Of a stretch of 64,000 nucleotides of DNA, positions 14,001 through 26,223 are shown piece after piece. A program made the translations under genes and the position numbers. Location of the stretch: the NCBI GenBank assembly GCA_030704615.1, contig CM060732.1:18538001-18602000 (forward strand). The letters are read 5' to 3'. Every line of letters starts with the position of its first letter. Position 1 is the first letter of the stretch. Source of the DNA: Takakia lepidozioides. Taxonomy: Eukaryota > Plantae > Bryophyta. The notes beneath the pieces were generated by a model. That model saw only the letters and a program-made list of their open reading frames with translations. It ran no database searches and was not told where the DNA came from.

Positions 14001-14600
14001 GCACAATGGCAGCCAACATGATATGGTTTTTTAATTAAAAAATACGGAGGGATGTTGTAATTCACCATGGTCACCGGCCAAGTGGAATGACTACATGACT
14101 GGACAGAGAATGGGTTGACCCCATCCGAGGAGAAGCCGAGGTGGACATGTCGTGGGTCCTCCAAGAGAAAAGGTCACATCTCTTCAATATGCCTCCATGC
14201 TTGTGAATCTTGTGGCCCGCACACCTTTCCCGGGGGGCTTCGATGCGAGGCGTGTCATCTCATGAGTCTGGCCAATTCGGGGCTTCGGTACTGTGCCCTC
14301 AATCGCGGGATGATCGGAAAGTAATGCATTTTCTAGAATGAAATACCCCACGTCCCCCACATGTAATCATCCCATTAGCACACATAATACAACACCCTTA
14401 TGTCTTTCCCTTTATGCAGCCTCTCCCTCATTTGGGCGTTACTCTCTAAACCCTAAACTTTGTGGAATACACTTTACATGCATTGAGAAGATTAAAAATA
14501 ATAATTTCCATGCGAGGGGGAATGACGCTTATACCTTGCGTCGATTTTATTTTTGGCTCTATTGTGTTCTGTGACATCAGGCTTTGCACCACTACATCCA
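11050..14600 (-). pseudogene. CACTA TnpD-type transposase (Transposase_21/Tnp2 + DUF4218 + DUF4216-like), intron-containing, frameshifted, N-terminus missing
   Basis: HYFPIIPRL, LGFSSDGVNPF..STWPV..VNYNIPP, MDTYLRPLVDELKELW, LLWTMHDYP, LDPMHIEKNV, GLKSHDYH..LLQDILPIAVRG, PSFFDIQVHLVVHL..GPVHSRWMYFLERYM..PEGSMAEGY, and an acidic C-terminal tail. Confidence 0.9.
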
Positions 14601-15142
14601 TGCAAAAAATTGGACAAAACAAAAATGGGAAAAAAAATTAAAAAAATTAAAAATTAAATCTAGGGTCACTTTTGCAGAACTCTCTATGAAGAGTGCATGA
14701 AGTTGAAGATAACTCAACTTTGGAGTGCAAATGAAAGAACAAAATATGGTTTTGGGTCCAAATGACTTTTGTTTACTCCCAAATTTTGCACGCACATTGC
14801 ATATGCTATCATTAAGCATATGGCTTAAAAATGGAGTAAAAAAAAAATCATGTGCAGGCGAAACGTAATTTTTCATCTCTACGACACGTAGCTGCGTTCA
14901 ACACTAGAATGACCCATTGAATCAACTTGGTTCAAGCTCATATTTGGTCCACATGTGCCTAAGTATGTTTAGATCACATATGCAAAGTTGCAACCCACAC
15001 GAGCAACAAGAAAAATATTTACATCAATCGATTAATTGGATGTATACAAAGTACATCATGAGAATATCTACAATGCCCCTCTACGCGATCCCTGTCTCAA
15101 AGGAACCCTATTTCTATCATACACATCCCACTCACGCTATAA

Positions 15143-16829
15143 TCAGAGGTCCCAATCATCTCGGGAGAACTCGTATGATGCAAATAGCTCGCTGCCAGTC
15201 CTAATAGTCCTACTAGCACATGTCATCACAAACATGTATATCCCCTCACAGTATACCGACGTATGACCACAAAAGCTCTCATGCCCATCGCTTCGCTCGT
15301 CCCATACTACATTGGTTCTCCTAGGATGACCAAAAGAACTGTTGACCAGCCCAGCAACATTGCCGAAGATATCGGGGTCACTATCACAAAATCTGATCTC
15401 AATGGGAGACAACCCCCGTCTACGTACATCCTGTCCATTGACACACAAAATGTAGGGTAGGATGTATGGGGCTTCGAGGCGTAACGTACGGAACTCCCCG
15501 GAAGTGTAGTATGGACCGTAGTAGGGAAATAAGTCCACCATGCTGTTTCTCCGAGGAGGAACCACAATATCATTGACCGTGAATAAACCCTGACCCATAG
15601 CAGGGTCTGTAGCGGCTCTCACAACATACCGTCTCTCCCAATACTCGAACTTCACATTCTCTCGGATGGGGGTGGGAGGGTCGAGATGATTCCCCCAACA
15701 ACGAGTCTGGACGGTCCTCAGTAACATAGTCATATGCGCTTCCCATCGGGGGCGAGGATCTGGCTCAGGCTGCCCAAGCCGAAGAGGAGGAAACCTAGGG
15801 CGAAGCCGACCCCTCCTAGGGATTCGGGGGGCACATGCACGTGGAGGTGGAGGTGGAGGTGGAGGTGGAGGTAGTGGTGGTGGTGGTGGAGGTGGTACTG
15901 CTGGCGGAGGAGATGAAAGTGGAGGTGGTTGAGGATGTAATGCCGGGTACAACGTCCGGATCAGGTACTACCGGAGGTGGATCAGGCAAAGAAAGCCCAC
16001 AATCGGCCTGCAAGCTACTACTGCATGTACGGTGCGGAGAATCATCAGATGAGGACACTAGATCAGGGGGACCGCCTGAGGAAATTGGAGGGGGGGGGGG
16101 GGGGTGGGCCTGTTCGTCGCCGGCCATAACGCGTACGACACCTACAATACCCCTCAACCCTACGCATCTCATCTACGTGTTGCTGGGGGAACCAACTGGT
16201 CACATCGGGCACATGCTCTGGCAAAAATTCTGCAAGTAGACCGGCACGAATTGCCTCCTGTGCAATGTGATTGCGAGCTTGGGCATCAAGTCGTGGTTGC
16301 ACCATGCGTAGTGAATGACGCATCAATACTTATGTCGCAATTTGGATTCATGTATGCTTACCAATCATACTATTAGATAAACCTAAATGTACCTTAAATG
16401 AATGTTAATGAGAGGGGTGGGAAAAACACTCACCTTTGCCGCCTCCGCAATCATGTTTTTCTTGTAATGTTTTTCGACAACATACGGTCGCCGCCTCGGT
16501 GGTCTGGTGCCGCCCGGCGGTATCCGTTCCCAACACTTAGTGCACCAACACTCAATCCTATCGGGGGGGTCAAAAGTGGACGTGGGTGGACGAGGTGGCC
16601 CGCGAAGGGGCAACCTGCGGCGCGCCCGACTCGATCCCGGAGTGTCAACATCCTCCGCATCACCTGAAATTTGGCCCCGGTCCTTTCTACGATTGTGTCC
16701 GGCAGCCTGTATTGGATCAGGTGCAATGGGTGGCTCCTCGCCACCAAAAACGGTCGCTCTAGGGCCACAATCGATATGTGGTACTACCTCCCCATCCTCG
16801 AGGGAGACGGGTCGATGTTTCCTCACCAT
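15143..16829 (-). CDS. Transposon-borne proline-rich protein with a C-terminal SET/PR-like methyltransferase domain (exon 1 16829-16434, exon 2 from 16257; two apparent frameshifts at about 16095 and 15945)
   Basis: SET motifs in order within 15628-15170: AMGQGLF (GxG), PYYGP (YxG), DIFGNVAGLVNSS (GNxARFINHS-like), ASRTIRTGSELFASY (AxRDIxxGEELxxxY). A GT-AG intron at 16433-16258 joins two ORF-track frames in phase 0. Confidence 0.75.
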
Positions 16830-16890
16830 CGCATCCTAATTAACACACACCACCAACACTTTCATTTCTCAAAAACCGTTGGCAAAAAAC

Positions 16891-17699
16891 CAGTGTTGGC
16901 CGGGTACCATGTTTTGAGCCCTCTTCCGGTCCCGGTTATGACCTACTCCTTGAAAAACATGGATGGCCGGGGCAGGGTATATCAATAGGTTTGAAAAACA
17001 TATCTGTTACAGGTTCATTAAACACATGAATTTTTTCTTGTCCGGTTCTCAATCTACCGGTTATGCCATCTTAAAAATTGCCGGTTCCATGGTACCGGTT
17101 ATGGGATTCATCCATTTTATATTTTTACTTTCTCTAGCATTTTTGTGTATGTGTGTGAAAGTACACAAGAGGGTTGTGGCCTGGTGGTAAGCCACTCGTG
17201 GGTTGGCCTGTGGGTCTTGGGTTCAAACGTTCAACCCCTATCATCTATCTATTGCCTTCAGGCTGCCCCGTGTAATACACCAAATTTATAACTAGCCAAA
17301 AGCCCAACTAATTAATTTCCTATTTACTTGGGCATCCTCGATGTTGTGCACCTAATCTCCCCAACCATTGTAAACGTATCATTACTAGTAAGACATAATC
17401 AGGATCTGTCCATCTGCAATAATCTTAACTACCATCACCCTACCATTACCAACCCCTATACCTATATTATCTAGAACCGCCGCTACGCCATCCCCGTTTG
17501 CTCCGGATCCTGCTCCGGGTATAACACCCTTATAATCACAATGCCGGTTCTCTAGCCGGTTAGGAAGCTCGATAACTTTTGCCGGTTCCCTTCCATAGCC
17601 GGTTCCTTCGGGGGCTGCACTTTCCGGGTATGCATATGTGCACAACCGGCAAATAACCGCCGGGTATGCATGTCCAAATGCCATACCCGGCCAACACTG
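16891..17699. mobile_element. Non-autonomous hAT-like element (MITE), 809 bp
   Basis: Perfect 16-bp TIR CAGTGTTGGCCGGGTA (16891-16906) / TACCCGGCCAACACTG (17684-17699). 8-bp flanks CAAAAAAC vs GAAAAAAC (7/8 match). Many CCGG-containing subterminal motifs. Confidence 0.8.
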
Positions 17700-18889
17700 G
17701 AAAAAACCCTATGCCTCAGCCTCGGGGCTTTCAAAATTGGTAAACAAAGGCGGAGCATCCCTATGGTGCTAGAGAGCCCAAGACAATAAATCCTTCCTCA
17801 CGTTCTATCTTCAGGATGCCCACACCATGGAAAAATTTATTGAGACCGTGGAGTGCTTTGCGCTTATCAGATTAAAACAAATTTTGGGTATGTGAATCCT
17901 AATTACACCGTTTATCCTTTCAACCCCAAGACCCACAACCAAAACCGCCAATCCAAAACCCAACACCATAAAGCAAAACAAACACAACCCATTATCATAT
18001 TATAATAATAATAATAATAAACTAAGAACCCCAAAAGGCCCTAAACCCTAAACCCAAAAAGGCCAGCCGTCGCCTCCTGCGATACCCTCGCGTCGCATTT
18101 TTTCAATTTTTTATGCCGGGGGTCGCACTCCGCGACAGAAAGCCGTCGCGGGAGGCGACGTGTTTTTTTTATGTGTGGGGCCAGGGGTCGCAAGTAGCGA
18201 CGGCCCGCCATCGCAAATACCATTTGTACATTTTTTTAAAAAGGCGGGGCGCAGGTGTGCGACGGCCGGGCGTCGCACGTAGGCGCCGCGCCCTTTTTTT
18301 TTCCTAAGTGCTTGAAGCACCTCCTTCCCCTCCCATTTTCGTTTGTTCTCTGGGAGAGATAGAGTTCAGAGAGTGGGGTTTAGGGTGGAGGAGAAACGCA
18401 CCTGTTGTTGAGCCCGAGGTGGTCGCAAGGCCCCAAGGAGTTAGCCCCAACACCGCTCCAACGCCCAAGGTAAGCACCGCCTCCTCTCTCACTTTCACTC
18501 TTGCTCTCTTGCCCTAACCATGGGTTGATCTCTCTCTCCCCTGTGTGGTAGAAACGCCGTGCAGGGGCGGGATCTAGACGAGCTGAAGAGAGAAAGAGTC
18601 GTGGTGAGCGAGGGAGAGACGCCCTGCAGCGGCAAGGTCCCGCGCCGTTGGCAGTTGCGACAGCACCGCAGCAGCAGTAGCCGCAACAGCAATAGCCGCA
18701 ACAGCAGAGGTAGGTCAAGGTGGGGAGATGGTCTATGGTCTGTCTTGTCATGTAGGATCAAGGGAAAGATGTCGAGAGTTGTCCATAACTTGTATGTCAC
18801 ATCAAAAGTGAGAGAGAGAGGGGGAGAGAGAGGAAGAGATGACGAAAAAATAATAATAATAATAAATAGGGGGGAAGTTACTGAGCAGA

Positions 18890-19380
18890 AGGGGCTGGGC
18901 TTTTGGCTCAGCCTCGAGACTTTCAAAGTTGGTAAACAGAGGTACATGCACAATTCCCTTGATAGATTTGAAGAGAGCATCTCTTTGGTGAGATAACCCC
19001 GGACATCAGAAAATGAATACTGTTTTCAGATTGCCCACACAACGGGCAATTGCACTCTCCCTTTCCTCTCTGCTTCTGTTTACTGTTCAAAGGTAGGCTT
19101 CCTGCCCTGAGTTTAAATTTCAGTCTGGTGCCAAGAGTGGGATAGACCCTTGAGCACATCCATGATGTCCTCCCCCATGTCACAGACTAGAAATAGGTTC
19201 AGGGAAGTTGTCTTCCTAACTTCATTTTCATCGGACAATTTTCTGGTAACATACATGGCTTTGGACACTACACTCCCTAAGTCAGATTTATCCAGCAAGG
19301 TCAAGACTTGCGGGTCCAGATTCACATCCTTGAGAATCTCTTCTCTCATATTTCCAAGATATAGAGTCGATTAACTTAGG
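18890..19380 (-). pseudogene. Non-LTR retrotransposon C-terminal (zinc-binding) fragment; inverted copy at about 25500-26140 (+)
   Basis: TRLKFKLRAGSLPL..ECNCPLCGQSENSIHFL here and ..ECNCPLYGQPEDIIHFLIHCP in the copy, typical of the CCHC region downstream of LINE RT. Confidence 0.65.
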
Positions 19381-19471
19381 ATATCTGGTGTTGGACATAT
19401 GTTGCAGCTGAACCCACCATCTGACCTTGAATTTATCTCGTCGGGAGCTTAAAAGAGAGCAGCACAGAAGA

Positions 19472-22400
19472 GAGGGAAGATACTTTTGTCATGTCAAGAC
19501 AAGGACAAGACCCCTAGGGTCGTTGTCAGGAAAAATAAGAATAATTAGACATATCAGCCACTTTTCAGTGGCACCATCCATCAATCATCAAGTTGGAAAA
19601 TCCAGAATTACCTCCATGCACAATAATGTGTTCATGTCAGTAATCTTCATAACCCAAAGAGTAAGTAAAAATACTGATTGAACACCAGTCATAATCAGTA
19701 TATACAATCAGAGGTCTGGGTGGGATGGTGGGCACTTGGCCATATTGATGTGTGTGTCCCACACAAACCACCATAATCTTTACCGTCATTGCCAGGTTTA
19801 TTATCAAGATGAAAGCCAAGTAAACCGCGGCCAAAAAACTGATGTGTGTGTCCCACAAACCATCATAATCTTTGCCATCATTGTAAGGTTAACCAGGGCC
19901 TAAAAACTGATGTGTGTGTCCCACAAACCATCATAATCTTTGCCATCATTGTAAGGTTAACCAGGGCCTAAAAACTGATGTGTGTGTCCCACACAAGCCA
20001 TCATATTCAGCACCTGTATGTTTTACCTAACGGGTTGGAGACAAAGCAAAACAAGACACACAAACTGATGTGTGTGTCCCACACGAACCATCATAATCTG
20101 TCATTATTGCCAAGTTTATTAACAAGCTGAAAGCCAAGTAGACCAGGGCCTAAAAACTGATGTGTGTGTCCCACACAAGCCACCATAATCTTTGCCATCA
20201 TTGCCATGTTTATTAAGAAGCTGAAAGCCAGTTAGACCATGGCCTAAAAATTAATGTGTGTGTCCCACACAAGTCACCATCTTCTCAGCCATCATTGAAA
20301 GGTTTAAACAAAGCCTAAGAACTGATGTGTGTCCCACACAAGCCATCATATTCAGCACCTGTATGTTAAACCTCACAGGCTGGAGACAAAGCAAAAAAAG
20401 GCTACAAACTGATGTGTGTCCCACACGAACCACCATGGTCTTTGCCATCATTGCCAGGTTTATTAACAAGCTGAAGCCACGTAAGCCAGGGCCTAAAAAC
20501 TGATGTGTGTGTCCCTCACAAGTCACCATATTCTCAGCCATCATTGCAGGGTTAAACACTGTCCGGGAAGGTACCCAAAGGGCTGCAGCAAACTATAACT
20601 TGCAGCACCTATATGTAAACCCTAACAGACTGGAGGCAAAGAAAATCAGGGCCTATATGATGTATGTGTCCCACACAAACCACCATAACTCAGCCACCAT
20701 TGCAGGGTTTAAACAATGCACGGGAAGGTACCCAAAGGGCTGCCGCAAACAATACATTGTAGCGCCTTTATGCTTAACCTGACAGGTTGGGGGCAAGGCA
20801 AGGCACGGCACAAGCCATCATTGCAAAACAGGGGCCCTCCACCAATCTGGAAAGGATTACCCCCCACAAGTAGCACTATACTGTCCTTCACAGATCAAAC
20901 ATAGAGGTAGGATCATGAAAAACATATGAGTAGTTTAGTTTTTCAGATTTCAAGATGAATCCACAGCCAGCCACCATCTTCACTCCTCTGTAATCCTCAT
21001 GGTACCCTGCAGGCATATTAAGTGGAAGCCCTCACCTGTGCCCGTCCCAAAAACAACCACAACGCATTGTGAGTTAGTGAGGATGCACGAGGTGAGTAGC
21101 AGGCTTCCACACTTGGGCCTGATGTCATGACAAGGCCAAAAATATAGGTAGGATTCCATTACAGCTTAGCACCTTCGTCTTACAAGAGGTCCATGCTAAA
21201 GTTTGCAAAAACACCTCACTATGATCCATTAAACACCAAATCCAGGCCTGAAAAGGAGCAGGTCGTTGCCTTATCAGGCTGTCACCATAACATTCAAGGC
21301 AGCCATGTCCATAGAGTCACAAACCCGCCAAGGCCATATCCATAAAACACAGATCCTCCAAGGCCAAAAATTCACAACCTATCTCATTAATCCACAGGCC
21401 CTACTGTCAAGGATCAAAAGACAAGGTAGGGTCTGGATGCAGGCCTCAAGAGACAGGCCTGACAGGCCAAACAGTCCCACCAGCGGCAGAACAACATAAG
21501 CCAAACAAAGGCTGTAGCATGCCAAACCAGAAGCAGCCGGGTTGAATTCGGGGCTGCAGGCAGTAGCCACTTCAGGATGCCACAACTTACAGGGCCCCTC
21601 TGCCCATATCCACATCTGTATGCTCATGAAAATTCAAAGCAAGTGAGGATCCTCACCTGGTCCCATCACAAGCCCCCACAAAATCAATAGATTAGTGAGG
21701 ATTGTGGAACCCCAGGTGAATCACATACCCTCACACTTGTCATCGATGTCAACTAAGAACAAAAGCAAGAGACGAAGATAAGCACAGAAGGAACCCTAAA
21801 CTCCAAAAGCACCTTGAGCGATTGGGGAAGAGAGCTATGCGCCATCACCACCCGCAGCAAGCCGCCTCCAACAAAGCACATAAACAATGAAGCAAAACAA
21901 GCAAGCTTGCAAGGCAACAAATGGGAGGGAGAGAGACTTCCCAACACAAGTGCCACTGCAAAATTTAAAGGCTAGAGGAGGGAAGAAGACATTGCATTCA
22001 CAACAGGGTTTCCCGCTGCTAGAGAGACAAGGCGCCGCCTTCGTGCATCCCCAGGAAATCGCCCTGTACGGGTACGACACAACAAACAGGGTAGCAGCAA
22101 AAGCAAATCCGCCATAACGCTCTTCCCGCGAGCTCAGAAGCACAGCTCATGCTTCTGACAGCGGGAGAGACAACATAGGGCTTCTGCCAGATTTTTCATC
22201 CACGAAGGATGAAAACTATACAAAACATCCCTCAAACCCGACGGATTCCATCCGTAGCCAGGTTAAAAAACAGGTTTTAGGGTAGGGGTTAGGGTTTCAC
22301 ATCGTAATTAATAATTATGGGTAGTTAAGATCAATTCAAGGCCATAAACAGCTATACGGTCCAGATGACAGTAAAAAATCATCCATGAGCTCATCCATAA

Positions 22401-25400
22401 ACAAATCATCCATCAGGATGAAAAACGGGAAATGACATCCACGGCAACGGCTTACCTCCACATAGGTAGTTCATCACCCCTCATTTCTTCACCCGGTATG
22501 GATGCAAAGATTCAATAAAAGATGAATGAAAAATTAATATCTTGGCAGTTTTTCATCCGGTATGGATGAAAAACATGATGATGGTGGCAACCCTCGTAGA
22601 GGTAATTTTTCATTCTTTGGTGACTCATCCGGTATGGATGAAAGTCAATAAAAGAGGAATGAAAAACATCCAAAATTCATCCTAGAGGTAATTCAGTGTC
22701 CCCCCTTGGCAAGATTTTCCAACCTTTTCACAATTCCTTGAATGGTTTTTCCATCATTCAATTCTGAACAAATCGAATGGGGTGGCTCATCCGGTATGGA
22801 TGAAAAATCGCTCGAGGATGGATGAAACGCTGTCAAATCTTCATCCAGTATGGATGAAAAAAAAAAGGAAATCAACATTGATAAATCCGGCCAGTTCCCA
22901 GGAGAGACAGAAGGAGAGAGGAGGCAACAAAGAAAAAAAAAAAGGTGGGGGGGGGGAGTGACCGAGCAGCTGCAGCTGCTACTCAGTCACTCCACCCCCT
23001 CCAAAATTTATTTTTTTATTTTTATTTTTATTTTTGGTTTCCTGATCTCTCCCTCTCTCTCCCTCTGGAAACTGGGTTTATGGAATTGTTCTCCCAACTT
23101 CCATCCTTGAAAAAATTGAAAAATTGGGTTGCAGGGAATTTAGATGTTTTTCATCCAGAATACATTCTTTTTTTCCCTAGTGAGACATTTCTTCATTAAT
23201 ACCTGTGAGGTTTTGCTTCATCCGGACATCAACCCGGAATATACTGATTGCAAAACTCCCGTCATTATTATTATTTTTCAATCCAACCAGGATAAAAAAA
23301 TGACTTCACCTGGCAAGACCTAAATACAGGACAAGACAAGTATAAATAAATTAAAAAAACCCCGATGTTTTTCATCTAACCTAGATGAAAAACGGACTGC
23401 ATCCGTCGAGTTCAAGACAGGATGAACACACGATGTTTTTCATCTTCCGCGAATGAGAAACGGACAACGTCCGTTGGGCGTATGGGCTGGCAGATGTTTT
23501 TCATCCTAAGAAGGATGAATGACGAGCCGGACAAGGTGAAAGCCCTGCGCAACCCTAATGTCTTTCTTTTTGCACTGCGGGAGTGGCGGCTTGTAGGTGG
23601 TGATGGTGCTCGTGCTGCAGATACCATGAGCTGCCAATCCCTGGAGTGTTTAAGGCTCTTGTGAGCGCCGCTTCTGCGGGCTCTTTAAGGCGATGGCGGT
23701 GGCTTAGAGATGAGGGAAGATTCACTGTCTCATTTGTCTGTTTTTTTGCTGCACAAGGGAACAAAGGCAGTGATGGCGGAGGTACCACCTGCCTGCTTGT
23801 GAAGTTTCCCTAGGAGCCCTCCTCTGGATCTTTGATGAATGGCGGCGTCTTGGTAGAACAAGGAAGTCTCTCTCTTCATCCCTTTATAAACCCTACCTTA
23901 TGAGACAAAGCTCTTTTTTCTTGTGCTTGGCAAGACTTTGCTTTGGTTAAGGTAGCAGTGCTGTGGTGTTGGCGGAGACCTCCCTGCACAATTGGGCTTG
24001 TGGAGAGATGGCGACCATCCCCCAAACAGTAAAAAAAAGGTTCTTTTTCTGTTTGTCTTGCTTCCCTGCTTTCTTTGGCATTCTCTGTGCTTAGATTCAA
24101 GTGTATTTGACCTCGATAGCAAGTGTGGAAGCCTGTTACTCACCTCGTGCATCCTCACTAACTCACAATGCGTTGTGGTTGTTTTTTGGGACGGGCACAG
24201 GTGAGGGCTTCCACTTAATATGCTGATGTCTAGGTGCTGCTGGATGCCAAATAGGTTGCAGAGCTGGGGAAGGGACTGTTGGCCATGGATTCATCTGAAA
24301 AATATTGAAAAACTAAACTACTCTATGGTTTTTCTTGATCCTACCTCTTTCTTTTATCTATGAAGAACAAGTATAGTGCTGTTTAAGGTGGGCTATTTCG
24401 GCCCAGCCAGTGGAAGACCTTTGCTTGGCTGTGATAGCCGTGTTTATGATGGCTTGTGTGAGACACACTTCTGTTTTTCAGGCACTAGTTTGCTTTGCTT
24501 GCCTTATGGTAGTTGGAAACAAAAGGAGAGGCTGCAAGGAACTGTTTGCTGCAGCTACTCAGGTACCCATGATGGTAAAATACCACTGTTATGTTCCAAC
24601 CCGGCTGGCTTTGTTAGCTAGATGCTTAGGCCAGGGTATGGTGAAGATTTTGCCTGTGGCTATTCGGCTGACACTGAAATATGGCAGCAATATAATTGGT
24701 AACTGGTTTTTGAGGCAGCCAGGGTGGTTAAGTGGAAATACCCCCTGGACATGGTGTAATGACATGGTCAAACGTGGAATGATGTGAATAGGGTGTGCTG
24801 ACAGTATCATATACTATCATGTGCAGGATGTGTATGCAGTCCTTTATTTTTACCTTGCTGTGTCATGAACTTTGATTTTCAGCTGTAGCAAGAAATAATG
24901 GTATAGGGGTATTCTGGAGAACTTACCAGACATATCCCCCTCCCCTGCGGGGGCAAGCTGTGCTGCAGACCAGTTTAAACAAATACTGGCAGGGCAAGGT
25001 ATTTAAATCTGTGATATCCAAGTGTTTTTAAAAAAAAAAATTAAAAACTCTCCATGACACCCATGGGGTTTGAGTAAGTATGCTTGGATTATAGCTTGCG
25101 GACAGTAAATCTGTATGACCATTTGACCTGCACCACATCAAGGCCAAAATATGGCCAAGTACCCGCCATCCCACCCAGACCTCTGAATGTGTATCATAGT
25201 CATGAATGATGGTCAATCAGCATCAGTGGAATACTCTTTGGGTTATGAATAATACTGACATGAACACATTATTGTGCATGGATGTAATTATGGATTTTCT
25301 AAGCTTGATGATTGATGGATGGTGCCATTGTTAAGTGGCTGATATGTCTGATTATTCTTCTTATTCATGACAACGACCCTAGGGGTCCTGTCTTTGTCTT

Positions 25401-25425
25401 GACATGACAAAAAGTATCTTCCCTC
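19472..25425. mobile_element. Unclassified about 6-kb quasi-palindromic repeat unit: two arms running away from a central hairpin, each ending in the same terminal motif
   Basis: 19472-19748 is inverted at about 25146-25425, and 20870-21116 is inverted at about 24120-24380. Central GTGAC(C)GAGCAGC..GCTGC..CTCAGTCAC dyad at about 22958-22990. No coding capacity recognised. Confidence 0.6.
19746..20770 (+). repeat. Tandem array of about 11 units (68-95 bp) with core CTGATGTGTGTGTCCCACAC
   Basis: Units start at about 19746, 19839, 19907, 19975, 20065, 20157, 20251, 20322, 20409, 20500 and 20657. Two exact 68-bp units lie at 19839-19974. Confidence 0.9.
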
Positions 25426-26223
25426 TCTCTCCCTCTCTTTTAAGCTCCTGACGAGATGAGTTTAAGGTCAGATGGTGGAGTCAGCTGCAGCATATGTCCA
25501 ACACCATATATCCTAAGTTAATCGACTCTATATCTTGGAAACAGGACCGCCCACCGCCCTGTCAAACAAGCTAAGTCCTGGCAGAAGACGGTAGAAGAGA
25601 TTCTCAAGGACCTAGACCTGTAACCGCAAGTTTTCACCCTGAGAAATAAATCTGGCTTAGAGGCTGTAGTGTCCAACCATATCTATTGCCATGAGATTGT
25701 CTGATGAAAATGAAGTTAGGCAAAAAAATTCCCTGAACTTGTTTCCAGTCTATGACATGGGGGAGGACATCTTGGATGACCTCAAGGGTCTACCCACTCT
25801 CGGCACTAGACTGAAATTTAAACTCAAGGCAGGAAGCCTACCTTTGATAAGCAAACAAAAGCAGAGAGGAAAGGGAGAGTGCAATTGCCCGTTGTATGGG
25901 CAACCTGAAGACATTATTCATTTTCTGATACACTGTCCGGGGTTCTCTCATCAAAGAGACGCTCTCTTCAAATCTATCAAGGGAATTGTGCATGTACCTT
26001 TGTTTACCAACTTTAAAAGTCTCGAGGCTGAGCCAAAAGCCTAGCCCCTTCAACTGAGGCCTAGTTTTTGGGCAAATCACACACAGCAGATTGATGCTTG
26101 TATGTGGGGATTTCTAGAGGATATCTGGAAAACCCGGATTAATTCTATATATGAAGGTAAGTCTTACTACCAACGTTAGCCCTTGACAGAGGTAGGATCT
26201 GTCCCTTTTGTTTCCCCAAGAGA

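Larger units (their letters stand above)
10234..18310 (-). mobile_element. CACTA/EnSpm DNA transposon (degenerate, possibly chimeric) carrying a transposase and a SET-domain gene
   Basis: Termini resemble CACTA (AACTACAGCAAAT at 10234; reverse complement CACTTAGGAAAA at 18310). GC-rich subterminal GCGACG/CGTCGC repeats are inverted at the two ends (tgcgacgcccggccgtcgca at about 10284 and, reversed, at about 18258). The motif tttagggc..ggggttcttagttt is also inverted at about 10723 and 18020. Contains a TnpD-type transposase. Confidence 0.8.

Noticed and set aside
19746-20770. CRISPR-like repeat-spacer appearance
   Set aside because: The intervening sequences are related to each other, units vary in length, the context is eukaryotic, and there are no cas genes.
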